The notes: a model not told the origin generated them from the letters alone. Counted from the first letter of the stretch, positions 7,976-17,462 are shown. The stretch: DNA of 26,191 bases from a virus (IMGVR_UViG_3300033475_000874:1-26191), one strand, 5' to 3'. Made by a program: numbers and translations.

Positions 7976-10018
7976 ATGAACCTACTTGATAAAATTAGTA
8001 ACTTCTTGAAACCAAAGGCGCTCGATATAAGCGAGAACATAGACTTAAACAATGTAGTAGGTTGGCGATCGGTCGGTGGCTCAGGGACTTACGGATATTA
8101 TCAGTCGAATCAATATGAAAACGGTTACTCTTCTATCTCTACCCTAGCTAACGGGTTCTTAATGATCGAGCCTTATACTATAGACAAGTCTGGGAAAGCA
8201 GTAGCGAGTAATGTTTTAAATCGTCTCTACACTCCTAATAAACAGATGAGTGCAACAGACTTTAGAGAAGCCCTGGCAGTGATGACCCTAGTGCATGATA
8301 AAGTTCGTATTCGGGTACATCATTCAGGCACAAGGATTAATGCTAACTCAATTACTGGCTTTACATTCATGGAAAATTACTCTGATACCGTGGTTGATGG
8401 GAAGCGTAAATACAAGCTTCAGAACGGCGAGAGCTTAACTGATGATGAGGTTATTACCCTAAAGAGTATTAACCCGAATGACCTTAATGGTGGCTTTAGC
8501 CCTTCACGTGCCGCTAAGCGTTGGACTGATATTGATGACTATATCGCTGATTACCAAAAAGGCTTCTTTAAGAATGGTGCTGTTCCTAGCGGCCAGTTCA
8601 TCATTACGGCACGAAGCGGGACAGAGTTTAATGACATAGTTGATAAACTGCAATCACAACATCGTGGTGCAGGGGCTAATAATAACGTTACCTACTCATA
8701 TCGCCCAGTAGACGCACAGGGGAAGCAACAGGACTCACAATTAGAGTGGGTGCCATTCTCTACCCAAAACAAGGACATGGCGCTTAAAGACCTATTTGAT
8801 AACGCTAATAAGAAGATTGACTCGGTTTATGGCGTGCCAGCCTCAATGCGTGGCGTGAATGATACTAATACCTATGCTTCTATGCGAGTCGATGAGGTTG
8901 TGTTAGTCAAGTATGCACTATCTCCAATGACATTAAAGATATGGAGTAAGTTCACCCACGAGCTTAACAGAATAACTGGCGGGTTGGGAGTAGCGATTAC
9001 TTATGACCTCGAAGTCCCACAAATAGCAGATGAAGAGAAGGTTAAAGCCGAGGCACGTAAAGTAGATGCTGATACGGTTGCAGAGTTAGTAGCCCAAGGC
9101 TTTACGCTGGACAGTGCGGTTGAATATGTTAAAGAAGGCGACCTGGACTCTCTTATACAGACTCAAAAGGAAGATGACGAAAAACCCGAAGTTCTTGATT
9201 CTACAGAAGCCAGCGGAACGCCTGACCAGCCGATTGACGGATATTCAAAGATTATCAGCCATATAGAGAAGCTGATGGAAACGAAAGAAGCGCCGAAGGT
9301 AAAGCAAATAGACGTGGTAGATAAAGAACTCTACATACAGAAGCTTAGCCGGGTGGTCAAAGACCAGATGAAACGCCAAGTTGAGAAAGCTATTAATGAT
9401 TTCAATAAGACTAAAGCTATCGGTGACACTAGCTCGCAAGAAGATAAAGTATTCACGAAAGAGATGTTGGCTTTGCTATTACCGTTAATGGAGATATATG
9501 GTAATAAAACAGTTAATACTGGCATAAATCTTGTATTAAATGCTGGACTTAGCACCGAAAACATAGAGAAGTTTAAGTTTACCCCTGACCAGACTGCCGA
9601 AGATATACGCAATATTTTGAATAAAGGTATTTTAGAAGGCACCCCAAAGGGTCAGATAGAAGATCAATTGCGTTCGGTTATATTGGGCAGTGAGAATGAG
9701 TACCGGGTAGCTCGCCTGTCACGAACCGAAGTAAACTTGTCTGAAGGTAAAGCTTCTGTCAGTGCAATGGAGAACATCCAACGCCAAACAGGATATAAGA
9801 TATATAAGGTGTGGAATATATCAAGTAGTGACCCTTGCCCTTACTGCCTATCTTTAGCCGGTAAAGAAACACTTGTAGATGAGAACTTTGTAGATCTTGA
9901 CCAACATGTCCATGGTGTAGACGGTACGACCTATGTAAACAACTTCAAGGCGGCCGATTCTGGCAATTTACACCCTAATTGTAACTGTTATACAACATAC
10001 AAAGTAGAAAGGAATTAA
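7976..10018 (+). CDS. portal protein (HK97-like) fused to a MuF/SPP1 gp7-like head morphogenesis domain
   Basis: PN-QMS, G-SP, FFKNGAVPSG, VYGVP portal motifs; acidic linker; C-terminal RLSRTE, K-W, CPYC, LHPNCNC. Confidence 0.9.
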   Translation: MNLLDKISNFLKPKALDISENIDLNNVVGWRSVGGSGTYGYYQSNQYENGYSSISTLANGFLMIEPYTIDKSGKAVASNVLNRLYTPNKQMSATDFREALAVMTLVHDKVRIRVHHSGTRINANSITGFTFMENYSDTVVDGKRKYKLQNGESLTDDEVITLKSINPNDLNGGFSPSRAAKRWTDIDDYIADYQKGFFKNGAVPSGQFIITARSGTEFNDIVDKLQSQHRGAGANNNVTYSYRPVDAQGKQQDSQLEWVPFSTQNKDMALKDLFDNANKKIDSVYGVPASMRGVNDTNTYASMRVDEVVLVKYALSPMTLKIWSKFTHELNRITGGLGVAITYDLEVPQIADEEKVKAEARKVDADTVAELVAQGFTLDSAVEYVKEGDLDSLIQTQKEDDEKPEVLDSTEASGTPDQPIDGYSKIISHIEKLMETKEAPKVKQIDVVDKELYIQKLSRVVKDQMKRQVEKAINDFNKTKAIGDTSSQEDKVFTKEMLALLLPLMEIYGNKTVNTGINLVLNAGLSTENIEKFKFTPDQTAEDIRNILNKGILEGTPKGQIEDQLRSVILGSENEYRVARLSRTEVNLSEGKASVSAMENIQRQTGYKIYKVWNISSSDPCPYCLSLAGKETLVDENFVDLDQHVHGVDGTTYVNNFKAADSGNLHPNCNCYTTYKVERN

Positions 10019-10019
10019 T

Positions 10020-10223
10020 ATGAATATTAATATAAGTTGTAAGCACTGTCAAAGATTCTTGTTTGAGCAAGCCGGTACCGTTGTGTTAGAAAAGCTGACA
10101 TGCCCGGGCTGCAAAGCAAAGCTTAACTTTAAGATTGTTACGGCTGACCGTTCTAAAGATGTGCGGCATACGTTTGTTAACCCTGAGACTGAGCCTAAGA
10201 AGAAAGAGCCGGAGGTTAGTTGA
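10020..10223 (+). CDS. Mu Com-like zinc-ribbon regulator
   Basis: ISCKHCQRFLF...LTCPGCK matches the Com pattern C-x2-C-x2-(L/F)LF...CP-x-CK. Confidence 0.7.
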   Translation: MNINISCKHCQRFLFEQAGTVVLEKLTCPGCKAKLNFKIVTADRSKDVRHTFVNPETEPKKKEPEVS

Positions 10224-10549
10224 TGAATGCCATAACTGCAAGATACGGTGAAAGTGTACCACTATCTATAACGATAGACGATACAACTGCTATATCGGCT
10301 ACTATCTATATAGGTCTTGAACAAGAAGTACCGCTTATAACTAAAACAAGTGCCTTTGTAGATGGCGTTGCTGATCTTAGTCTCGATACCGATGACACTA
10401 AAATACCTCTAGGGACGTATAAATACCAAGTTAATGTTGTATATGAGGATGATTTACTAGAGAAATATCCGTCTCCAGACACTTGTGAGGGTTCCGACTT
10501 TCCTGACTTTGTCGTAGCCGAAGCCCTTGACGAAACGGAGGTTAGTTAG
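10223..10549 (+). CDS. putative virion structural protein (BppU-N-like adaptor)
   Basis: Beta-rich, L---DT--PLGTYKYQV pattern; lies before a fibre gene; GGAGG SD. Confidence 0.55.
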   Translation: MNAITARYGESVPLSITIDDTTAISATIYIGLEQEVPLITKTSAFVDGVADLSLDTDDTKIPLGTYKYQVNVVYEDDLLEKYPSPDTCEGSDFPDFVVAEALDETEVS

Positions 10550-11938
10550 ATGTATACCATTAGATTGAAACACAATAGTAATAGCATTGTTATAAAACGT
10601 GCTGGGGTTGGCCCAACTGGCCCGCAGGGGCCACAAGGTGAGCCAGGAGAGGTAGCCGTTGAAAGTGTTAACGGACAGATAGGAACAGTCGTACTAGACC
10701 AAGATGATGTACTAGATGGAGTAAATTACAAACAGTATTCATCTATTGAAAAGACCAAGCTTGCAAGTGTCACAAACGGCGCTACGCCAAACAATATATC
10801 TGATACTGACGCTACTGATTTGACGGATGGTGGAGACTCTACCTTACACTTCCATTCTAGCGATAGAAATAGGGCTAACCATACAGGCACACAACTGGCC
10901 TCAACTGTATCTGACTTCTCAACCGCTGCTGATGCTCGGATTGCCGCAGCCACTTCAACGGGTACAGGGTCAATTGTCCGATCTAGCTCGCCACTAATTA
11001 CCACTCCAACAGGGATCGTCAAAGGTGACATTGGGCTAGGTAGCGTTGATAACACTAGCGACGCTACTAAAAACTCCGCTGTTGCTACGTTGACCAATAA
11101 GACATTAACCAGCCCAGTAATTAACACGCCAACTGGTATCACTAAGACCGATGTTGGCCTTGGAAACGTGGATAACACAAGTGATGCCAACAAGCCAGTC
11201 AGCACAGCCCAAACGACAGCTCTGAACTTAAAGGCTAATTTAGCTGGCCCCACATTTACAGGTGTCCCCACAGCTCCAACGGCAGCCGTTGGTACAAATA
11301 CTACCCAAGTAGCTACTACAGCCTACGTCGTAGCTGAACGTGGTGCCACAGCAACTCTAACGAATAAAACTTTGACAAGTCCGTCAATTACGACCCCTAC
11401 AGGCATTGTTAAGGGAGACGTAGGACTTGGGAACGTCGATAATACATCAGATGCCACTAAGAACTCCGCTGTTGCTACGTTGACTAATAAGACCTTGACT
11501 AGCCCGTCTATTACTACCCCAACCGGGATTGTAAAAGGGGATGTGGGACTCGGCAATGTTGACAATACATCTGACGCGACCAAGAACTCAGCTACAGCTA
11601 CGCTAACAAACAAACGGATAACCAAGAGAGTTTCATCCAATACGTCAAGTGCTACTCCTACGCCTAACGCTGATACTGATGACGTCTATCTACTAACTGC
11701 TCAAGCAGCCACCGCTGCCTTTGCTGTACCAAGCGGAACACCAACTGCCGCACAACCACTGGTAATTAGGATAAAAGACGACGGCACAGCACGGACGATA
11801 AGCTGGAACGCAATCTATCGGGCTATTGGTGTGACCCTGCCTACTACGACGGTCATTAGCAAAACCTTGTATATAGGGTTTATGTATAACTCAGTCGATA
11901 TTAAGTGGGACTGTCTGGCAGTCAGTTTGGAGGCATAA
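10550..11938 (+). CDS. fibre protein with a collagen-like segment and repeats
   Basis: GPTGPQGPQGEPG, SVNGQIG-V-L, RANHTGTQ, four GLG(N/S)VDNTSDA repeats, TFTGVPTAPT. Confidence 0.8.
   Translation: MYTIRLKHNSNSIVIKRAGVGPTGPQGPQGEPGEVAVESVNGQIGTVVLDQDDVLDGVNYKQYSSIEKTKLASVTNGATPNNISDTDATDLTDGGDSTLHFHSSDRNRANHTGTQLASTVSDFSTAADARIAAATSTGTGSIVRSSSPLITTPTGIVKGDIGLGSVDNTSDATKNSAVATLTNKTLTSPVINTPTGITKTDVGLGNVDNTSDANKPVSTAQTTALNLKANLAGPTFTGVPTAPTAAVGTNTTQVATTAYVVAERGATATLTNKTLTSPSITTPTGIVKGDVGLGNVDNTSDATKNSAVATLTNKTLTSPSITTPTGIVKGDVGLGNVDNTSDATKNSATATLTNKRITKRVSSNTSSATPTPNADTDDVYLLTAQAATAAFAVPSGTPTAAQPLVIRIKDDGTARTISWNAIYRAIGVTLPTTTVISKTLYIGFMYNSVDIKWDCLAVSLEA
10990..11612 (+). repeat. intragenic 123-bp (41-aa) degenerate repeats
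   Basis: Unit TLTNKTLTSPSITTPTGIVKGDVGLGNVDNTSDATKNSAVA; the GLGxVDNTSDA core starts near 11033, 11156, 11422 and 11545. Confidence 0.85.
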
Positions 11939-12210
11939 TGGAAGTACAAATACAATACCGATTCACGATTATAGACGAAGATACTGGCTCTAGTTTCTCT
12001 GACGCACTTTATTTCCCTTTGAGTGAGTGGCCTGTTAGTGAAGCTACGCTGAAGAACATGGAGCAAGAGCGCTTTGACAATTGGAAGCAAGCTATAACTA
12101 CATCTGCTGACCCGCCACCAGTCGAAGAACAAGTGGCTGCAATTGATGATCAGATTGAGAGCTTACAACAGCAGAAGGAAAGCTTACTGGCGCAACTGGA
12201 GGTTAGCTAG
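11938..12210 (+). CDS. small protein with a C-terminal coiled coil (possible fibre chaperone or adaptor)
   Basis: GGAGG SD, TAATG coupling, heptad-like C-terminus. Confidence 0.65.
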   Translation: MEVQIQYRFTIIDEDTGSSFSDALYFPLSEWPVSEATLKNMEQERFDNWKQAITTSADPPPVEEQVAAIDDQIESLQQQKESLLAQLEVS

Positions 12211-14289
12211 ATGGCTAACAGGTATCTCAAAGCCGCTGGCGGCAACTGGACTGCTGCAGGTACATGGTCTGCTACCGGGTCAGGGGGTGTAGATAGCGCC
12301 GGACCTCCAACTGCTGCTGATAACTGCATATTGGAGGCTGGGTCGGGTAATGTTACGATAGACAGCGGCGCAGTTTGTCGCTCTATAGATTGTACTTCGG
12401 GGACAGGGAGTTATGCAGGCACTATTACTGGCGTGGCATCTATTAACTTGACTATCGGCGACGCTACTGCTGGAGCGGGCAATGTCGCGCTTAAGTTTTC
12501 CGGCACCACGACCTATACCGTTGCGGCTAACTCAGGCTTTAATTTCATTTCTACCTCTACTACACAGCAAACGGTTGATTTCGCCAGCAAGACCAACCTA
12601 GGGAATGCTTTATTCAATGGGGTGGGGGGTTCATGGATACTTGGCTCTAATTACAGCACTGCCGGAGGCACTACGCTTACTTCTGGTACTCTCAATACCA
12701 ACGGCTTTACGGTTAGTTGTATCTCTAGCTTTACTGTAGGCAGCAGCACACTAGCCCGAACCCTGACGCTTGGCTCCTCAACCATCAATATTACGGGTGC
12801 TGGCGCTTGGAATGGCGCAACCGTTACTAACTTAACCGTAACCGCTAATACGGGAACGGTGAATATGTCAGGAGCCAGTGCTGTATTTAACGGCAGTAAC
12901 TTTAACTGGAACGGCCTCTCATTGAATTTGACCGGCTCAGGGCAAGCGAGTGTCGTCGGTCAATGTACTCTGGCTAACTTAACACGCATAGGCACTGCTA
13001 TTAAAACCGATAGTTTGCTGACCAGCGGGGCGGGGCCAACTATCACCGGCACCCTGACACTGACCGGCAACAGCGTCACCAACCGGCTTATCCACCAGAC
13101 AGCCACGCCTGGCAATACAACGAATGTTACGGCTGCTGCTGTTTCAATTACCAACGTAGATTTTATGGATGTAGCCGCTGCCGGAGCCGCTATTCCCTGG
13201 ACAGGGACGTCGCTGGGGAACTGTCTCGGCTGCTCTAACATTACTTTTGATACGCCTGTCACCCAAACTCGGACTGGGGCGAACTTTAGCTGGTCTAATG
13301 TGGGCCTTTGGACTTCAAGGGTGCCTTTACCACAAGACCCTGTCATCGTATCATCAGGCGCTACCGGAGCTATAGGCATAGACATGCCACGGATAGGCGC
13401 CAGCGTGGATTATACCGGCTTTGCGGGAACGGCAAGTATCTCAACGGCGAACACTATCTTCGGTAACCTTACCTATAGCACCGGTATGACATTAGCAGGA
13501 ACAGCCACAACCACGCTGGGCGGCCGTAGCACGCACACGCTTACCACGGCAGGCAAAACACTCTTACAAGGCGTTACCATAAATGCCCCAGGCGGAACCT
13601 ATAACTTACAGGACGCTTATAACGCAACCGCCCGTTTAACTGTCTCGGCCGGGACTTTTAATAGTAATGACTTTAACTTATCTATTTCATCAGCTGCGGC
13701 TACCTATGTATTCGCTGGCACTAGTAGTTTTGTAAACTTAGGGACAAGCACCTGGACTCATTTAGGGACAGCAACTAACCCCATATCTGCTACCTTACCA
13801 GCAGCTAACTTTAGTGGGGCCTCGTCGACTTTAGTTATAGGTTCGACACTAGCTACTCAAAGAACCCCTATCTTCACTAGTGGTATATCACTAGGGACAC
13901 TCACCTACACGGTGGCCGGTTCGACTGGTGGGCTACTCCCCAGTAATGGTAGTTTGACTATTGGTACGCTCAACTTTTCGGATGCCAGCAACGCCCGGAC
14001 ACTCACCATCACTTCAACTAGCACCCTGACAATCTTAAACGCCTTTAATGTGAACGGTACGCCCGGTAACTTGATTACGATAAACTCAACCGTGCCTGGG
14101 AGTGCGGCTACCCTCTCTAAATCTTCTGGTAGCGTATCTAGCGACTATCTCTCCATCCAAGACTCTACGGCTACCGGGGGAGCTAGCTGGTACGCAGGTA
14201 CGCACTCGGTAAATGTTTCCAACAATACCGGATGGTTTTTTACTGCCCCATCTAGTACCGGGTGGTTTACTATACTGCCTAACTTGTAG
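12211..14289 (+). CDS. large Gly/Thr/Ser/Ala-rich beta-solenoid-like structural or adhesin protein
   Basis: 692 aa, very few charged residues, repeated T(L/F)N(T/S)NxF and LTLG strands; GGAGG SD. Confidence 0.65.
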   Translation: MANRYLKAAGGNWTAAGTWSATGSGGVDSAGPPTAADNCILEAGSGNVTIDSGAVCRSIDCTSGTGSYAGTITGVASINLTIGDATAGAGNVALKFSGTTTYTVAANSGFNFISTSTTQQTVDFASKTNLGNALFNGVGGSWILGSNYSTAGGTTLTSGTLNTNGFTVSCISSFTVGSSTLARTLTLGSSTINITGAGAWNGATVTNLTVTANTGTVNMSGASAVFNGSNFNWNGLSLNLTGSGQASVVGQCTLANLTRIGTAIKTDSLLTSGAGPTITGTLTLTGNSVTNRLIHQTATPGNTTNVTAAAVSITNVDFMDVAAAGAAIPWTGTSLGNCLGCSNITFDTPVTQTRTGANFSWSNVGLWTSRVPLPQDPVIVSSGATGAIGIDMPRIGASVDYTGFAGTASISTANTIFGNLTYSTGMTLAGTATTTLGGRSTHTLTTAGKTLLQGVTINAPGGTYNLQDAYNATARLTVSAGTFNSNDFNLSISSAAATYVFAGTSSFVNLGTSTWTHLGTATNPISATLPAANFSGASSTLVIGSTLATQRTPIFTSGISLGTLTYTVAGSTGGLLPSNGSLTIGTLNFSDASNARTLTITSTSTLTILNAFNVNGTPGNLITINSTVPGSAATLSKSSGSVSSDYLSIQDSTATGGASWYAGTHSVNVSNNTGWFFTAPSSTGWFTILPNL

Positions 14290-14304
14290 GGGTAGTTTAC
14301 TGAC

Positions 14305-14373
14305 TGGTATAATTAATAGAGACGATACAGACGAACTTTTACGCTCATTTGGGCACACGTTCAGTAAAGTCTG
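14305..14373 (+). promoter_or_regulatory. extended -10 promoter plus structured leader of the capsid operon
   Basis: TGGTATAAT 14305-14313; CAGAC/GTCTG and TTTAC/GTAAA stem, GCTC-ATTT-GGGC hairpin, GAAC/GTTC cross-pairing. Confidence 0.55.
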
Positions 14374-14399
14374 GAACAAATATTAACAAAGGACTAATA

Positions 14400-16190
14400 A
14401 TGGGAACATTAACCGAACCGAAGCAAAAGACTTTGAAAGTAAAAGTCGCTGCTGACGTAGGGGAACGCACCATTGTAGCAGTTGTTAGTTCATCTAACTT
14501 CGACAGGGATAATGAAAGAGTAGACGTGAAAAGTTTACGACTTCCACTAAGAGGAGGTGGAACGGTAGTTGCGAAAGATCTAACTGGGACTGAGGCCATA
14601 GACATTCCAATGCTACTCAACCACAGCTTTGACGTAGAAGACGTAATCGGATCAGTCCGCAAAGCATACCTTAACCAGTCAGGTGAACTTGTCGTGGAAT
14701 TTGGTATCTCAGGGCGAGCGAAAGCGCAAGACCTAATGCAACTCATTGATGAGAAGCATTTGGACAACGCCTTTTCAATTACCATGAGTGATTACCAATA
14801 TTCAGAAGACACTATCTATAACGCCGAGGTTGTTGAAATCTCAATGGTGTTTCGTGGTAGTAACAAGGACGCTAGAGTGTTACAAGTAAAATCCCTCATT
14901 AAAGGAGAAGAAATGGCAGAACTCACATTAGATGAGAAAAAAGCTGAACTCGAACGCTTGAAGAAAGAGATTGAGGTTGAAGAACCTGTAGTCGAACCTC
15001 CTAAAGAAGAAGAGCCAGTCGCTGAGCCTGAAGTTGAAGAGCCAAAGCCAGTCGAAGAAAAAACTATCAAACCTAAAAAGGAAAAAACTATGAGCAAAGA
15101 AAATGACATTGCTGTAAAGCAAGTCACCGATGTACCTGTACAAGAACTACAGGTCAAAAAAGTAACCGTTACTAAAAAAGAACAACGTGAGTTGTTTGTT
15201 AAACAGTTCCTAGCTTACAAAGCGAAAGACCTTGACACTCTTGCAGAGTTGAACGAGAAAGCCTACGAAGCTGACACCAGTGAAGACCGTGACTACAAGA
15301 AGAAAGCTATCGGCTTTACCGACGGTGCTGCTATCTTCCAAACTGAAGTCGTGTCACAAGACATCAAAGAAGCCTACACAAACGTTGGCCGACTTGGTTC
15401 TATGGTAAACCACGTGGATATCCTCGGTGCTGAAACCTGGAAGCGACTTGTTCAGACTGCCGGTAACGGATTTCAACCTGTAGGCGACCAAGAAGCGAAA
15501 GCTGAAGACAAGCCTGTATGGACTAACTTCTCAGTAGAACCTAAAGAGTTCGCTTTGATCGTTGCTTGGTACGATGCTGTTGCACGCCGAACACCTATCG
15601 CTATCTATGGACAAATTGTTAGCTATATCGCTAAAGAGTGGGCTAAGCTTGAAGATAAGATTATTGTCTCTTTCGCTGGCGCTACTACAGTAGGCGGTGA
15701 CACTTTCCCTGCTACCGGTATTGTCCCTGCCATGATCGCCGCTGGTCGTATCGTTAACGTAGCTACCTTCGGTGCTGCTGATACGCAAGCTGGTCTAGGC
15801 CGGGCTTATGGTTTGATTGAGAGCGACGAGCAAATTACCATCATCGCCAACCGCAAGACTTGGGGCATGATGGCTACCACTGTTGATACTCAAGGCCGTA
15901 ACGTCTTTACCGTCGTTGGTCAGCAAGTATCTGCCGGTGCGCTTGGTACTTTCAATGTAGTTATCTCTCAGTATGTCCCTGATGGTAACGCTATTATGGG
16001 TGTCATGGGTGACTACGACCTTGTTACTAGAGGTGGCCTTGAGACTCTGTTCTCACGAGAAGCCTCAGTCGGTTCGCTTAACCTTTACACATCAGACGCT
16101 TCTGCACTACGTGCGAACGCTGACATTGTCGGTAAGCCAGTACTTAATACGTCATTCGTATTGATCGACTTCGTACCAGTAGTAAGCTAA
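14400..16190 (+). CDS. HK97-type prohead protease fused to scaffold-like linker and major capsid protein
   Basis: DRDNE, PMLLNH, AFSI, EIS-V protease motifs; E/P/K-rich linker; capsid-like C-terminal part (V-PKEFA, VVISQYVP, GDY); AAGGA SD before ATG 14400. Confidence 0.9.
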   Translation: MGTLTEPKQKTLKVKVAADVGERTIVAVVSSSNFDRDNERVDVKSLRLPLRGGGTVVAKDLTGTEAIDIPMLLNHSFDVEDVIGSVRKAYLNQSGELVVEFGISGRAKAQDLMQLIDEKHLDNAFSITMSDYQYSEDTIYNAEVVEISMVFRGSNKDARVLQVKSLIKGEEMAELTLDEKKAELERLKKEIEVEEPVVEPPKEEEPVAEPEVEEPKPVEEKTIKPKKEKTMSKENDIAVKQVTDVPVQELQVKKVTVTKKEQRELFVKQFLAYKAKDLDTLAELNEKAYEADTSEDRDYKKKAIGFTDGAAIFQTEVVSQDIKEAYTNVGRLGSMVNHVDILGAETWKRLVQTAGNGFQPVGDQEAKAEDKPVWTNFSVEPKEFALIVAWYDAVARRTPIAIYGQIVSYIAKEWAKLEDKIIVSFAGATTVGGDTFPATGIVPAMIAAGRIVNVATFGAADTQAGLGRAYGLIESDEQITIIANRKTWGMMATTVDTQGRNVFTVVGQQVSAGALGTFNVVISQYVPDGNAIMGVMGDYDLVTRGGLETLFSREASVGSLNLYTSDASALRANADIVGKPVLNTSFVLIDFVPVVS

Positions 16191-16205
16191 TAGAAAGGGA
16201 GTGAT

Positions 16206-16814
16206 ATGTTAACAGAAGCCCAAGTAGCTAAGTTACTAGGTCGCTCCCTCACGACCTTAGAAACAGACAATTTCAAAACGTACCTTAAAATTGCTACTGA
16301 AAGATTGGAAGAGCTGCTGTGTATGACACTATGCGGTGATTCTGACGAACGTACCTACGAAACTAGGACAGGTTATCGGACGCTTTATGTAGACCCTTTC
16401 ACAGATGTTACCTCAGTTACTATCGATGGTAATGAAACGACTGAGTTTACCGTAAAGCAGAACGATAAGTTTAACGGTTCTTGGTACAACGTCATCCAAT
16501 TCGACCGCAAGCAGACAGGTAAGAACGTAGTTGTAGACGCTGATTGGGGATTTAACCCTATGCCTAGCGATTTACAACTACTTCTTGCGGGGCTTTTCAA
16601 TCAGAACTCTGTGGGACAAACTACAGATGGTCAAGTGAAAAGTAAAAGTATTGAAGACTTTAGCGTGACGTATAAGGACAGCGCAACGTTCTATGAGTTC
16701 GTAGAGTCTAATGCTTCTATAGTAGACAAATACTCACAATGTTCGCAAGGTTATATTCGTCACGGCGATGTCTGTAGATGGAGCGACGATGTTCGACCTG
16801 TTTACTACTACTGA
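16206..16814 (+). CDS. head-tail adaptor/connector protein
   Basis: First gene after the capsid; WGF--MP-DL and VKSKSIEDFSVTY motifs. Confidence 0.75.
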   Translation: MLTEAQVAKLLGRSLTTLETDNFKTYLKIATERLEELLCMTLCGDSDERTYETRTGYRTLYVDPFTDVTSVTIDGNETTEFTVKQNDKFNGSWYNVIQFDRKQTGKNVVVDADWGFNPMPSDLQLLLAGLFNQNSVGQTTDGQVKSKSIEDFSVTYKDSATFYEFVESNASIVDKYSQCSQGYIRHGDVCRWSDDVRPVYYY

Positions 16815-17166
16815 TTACACATTCTTGAAGCTGGATAGTAGAGCTGGTGGCAACACTGTTACCGCAGAATATTCAGCTAATGGGGTTGTGAAACTCAGGG
16901 ACGGTATGTTACAGGCCGACAACGTTGAAGCCCATGACTCTGCCTCAACTGTCCACGTAAGGCCGTCAGAGCCGTTTCTAGCCGATATTGACAACAATAT
17001 GGTCGGACATGGCATTCGTGTCACTAAAGACGGCAAAGAGACTGTATATAGGGTTATAGGCCAAACCGAAGGCTATGACTTTGACAGAGGGCAGCTTGAG
17101 TTCTATAGAGTCACTGTGAAGAAAGAGGAGATAGCGCCATCGCCGTCAGATTTACCTCTACAATAA
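16789..17166 (+). CDS. putative head-closure protein
   Basis: Position, size, beta-rich YRVIG motif; GGAG SD before ATG 16789. Confidence 0.6.
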   Translation: MFDLFTTTDYTFLKLDSRAGGNTVTAEYSANGVVKLRDGMLQADNVEAHDSASTVHVRPSEPFLADIDNNMVGHGIRVTKDGKETVYRVIGQTEGYDFDRGQLEFYRVTVKKEEIAPSPSDLPLQ

Positions 17167-17462
17167 AGCAGTGGGCTGCCGAGACTGAGAGCAAACTCGA
17201 CTTTGCAGTTCTGAGCGCTGCGACTGACATCCACCGGGTTGCCAGTGTCTTAGCCCCGAAAGCCTCCCGTGCGCTTGTTAACTCAGGTCGCATAGATAGA
17301 GCTGGTAAAGCGCACTACAAGGTTATATTTGGTGGTGGTTCGGTACCATACGCACGCAGGCGGCACTATGAAAACAAAAAAACTCCCTCGTCCCTGAAAT
17401 ATTTGGAACGAGCGGGTGACTCGACTAGCAGAAACTTTAAAAGATATATAAAGGGATTATAG
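17139..17462 (+). CDS. HK97 gp10-like neck/tail-completion protein; ATC start, absent from the ORF track
   Basis: 107-codon open frame (M)AVRFTSTIKQW...LAPKASRALVNSG...VPYARRRHYEN...KYLERA...KGL*; GAGGAG SD 8 nt upstream; fills the neck-module gap exactly. Confidence 0.8.
   Translation: MAVRFTSTIKQWAAETESKLDFAVLSAATDIHRVASVLAPKASRALVNSGRIDRAGKAHYKVIFGGGSVPYARRRHYENKKTPSSLKYLERAGDSTSRNFKRYIKGL

Noticed and set aside
10990-11612. CRISPR array or DGR template/variable repeat
   Set aside because: The repeats are in-frame coding units with synonymous, not adenine-specific, differences; no reverse transcriptase or cas gene is in the window
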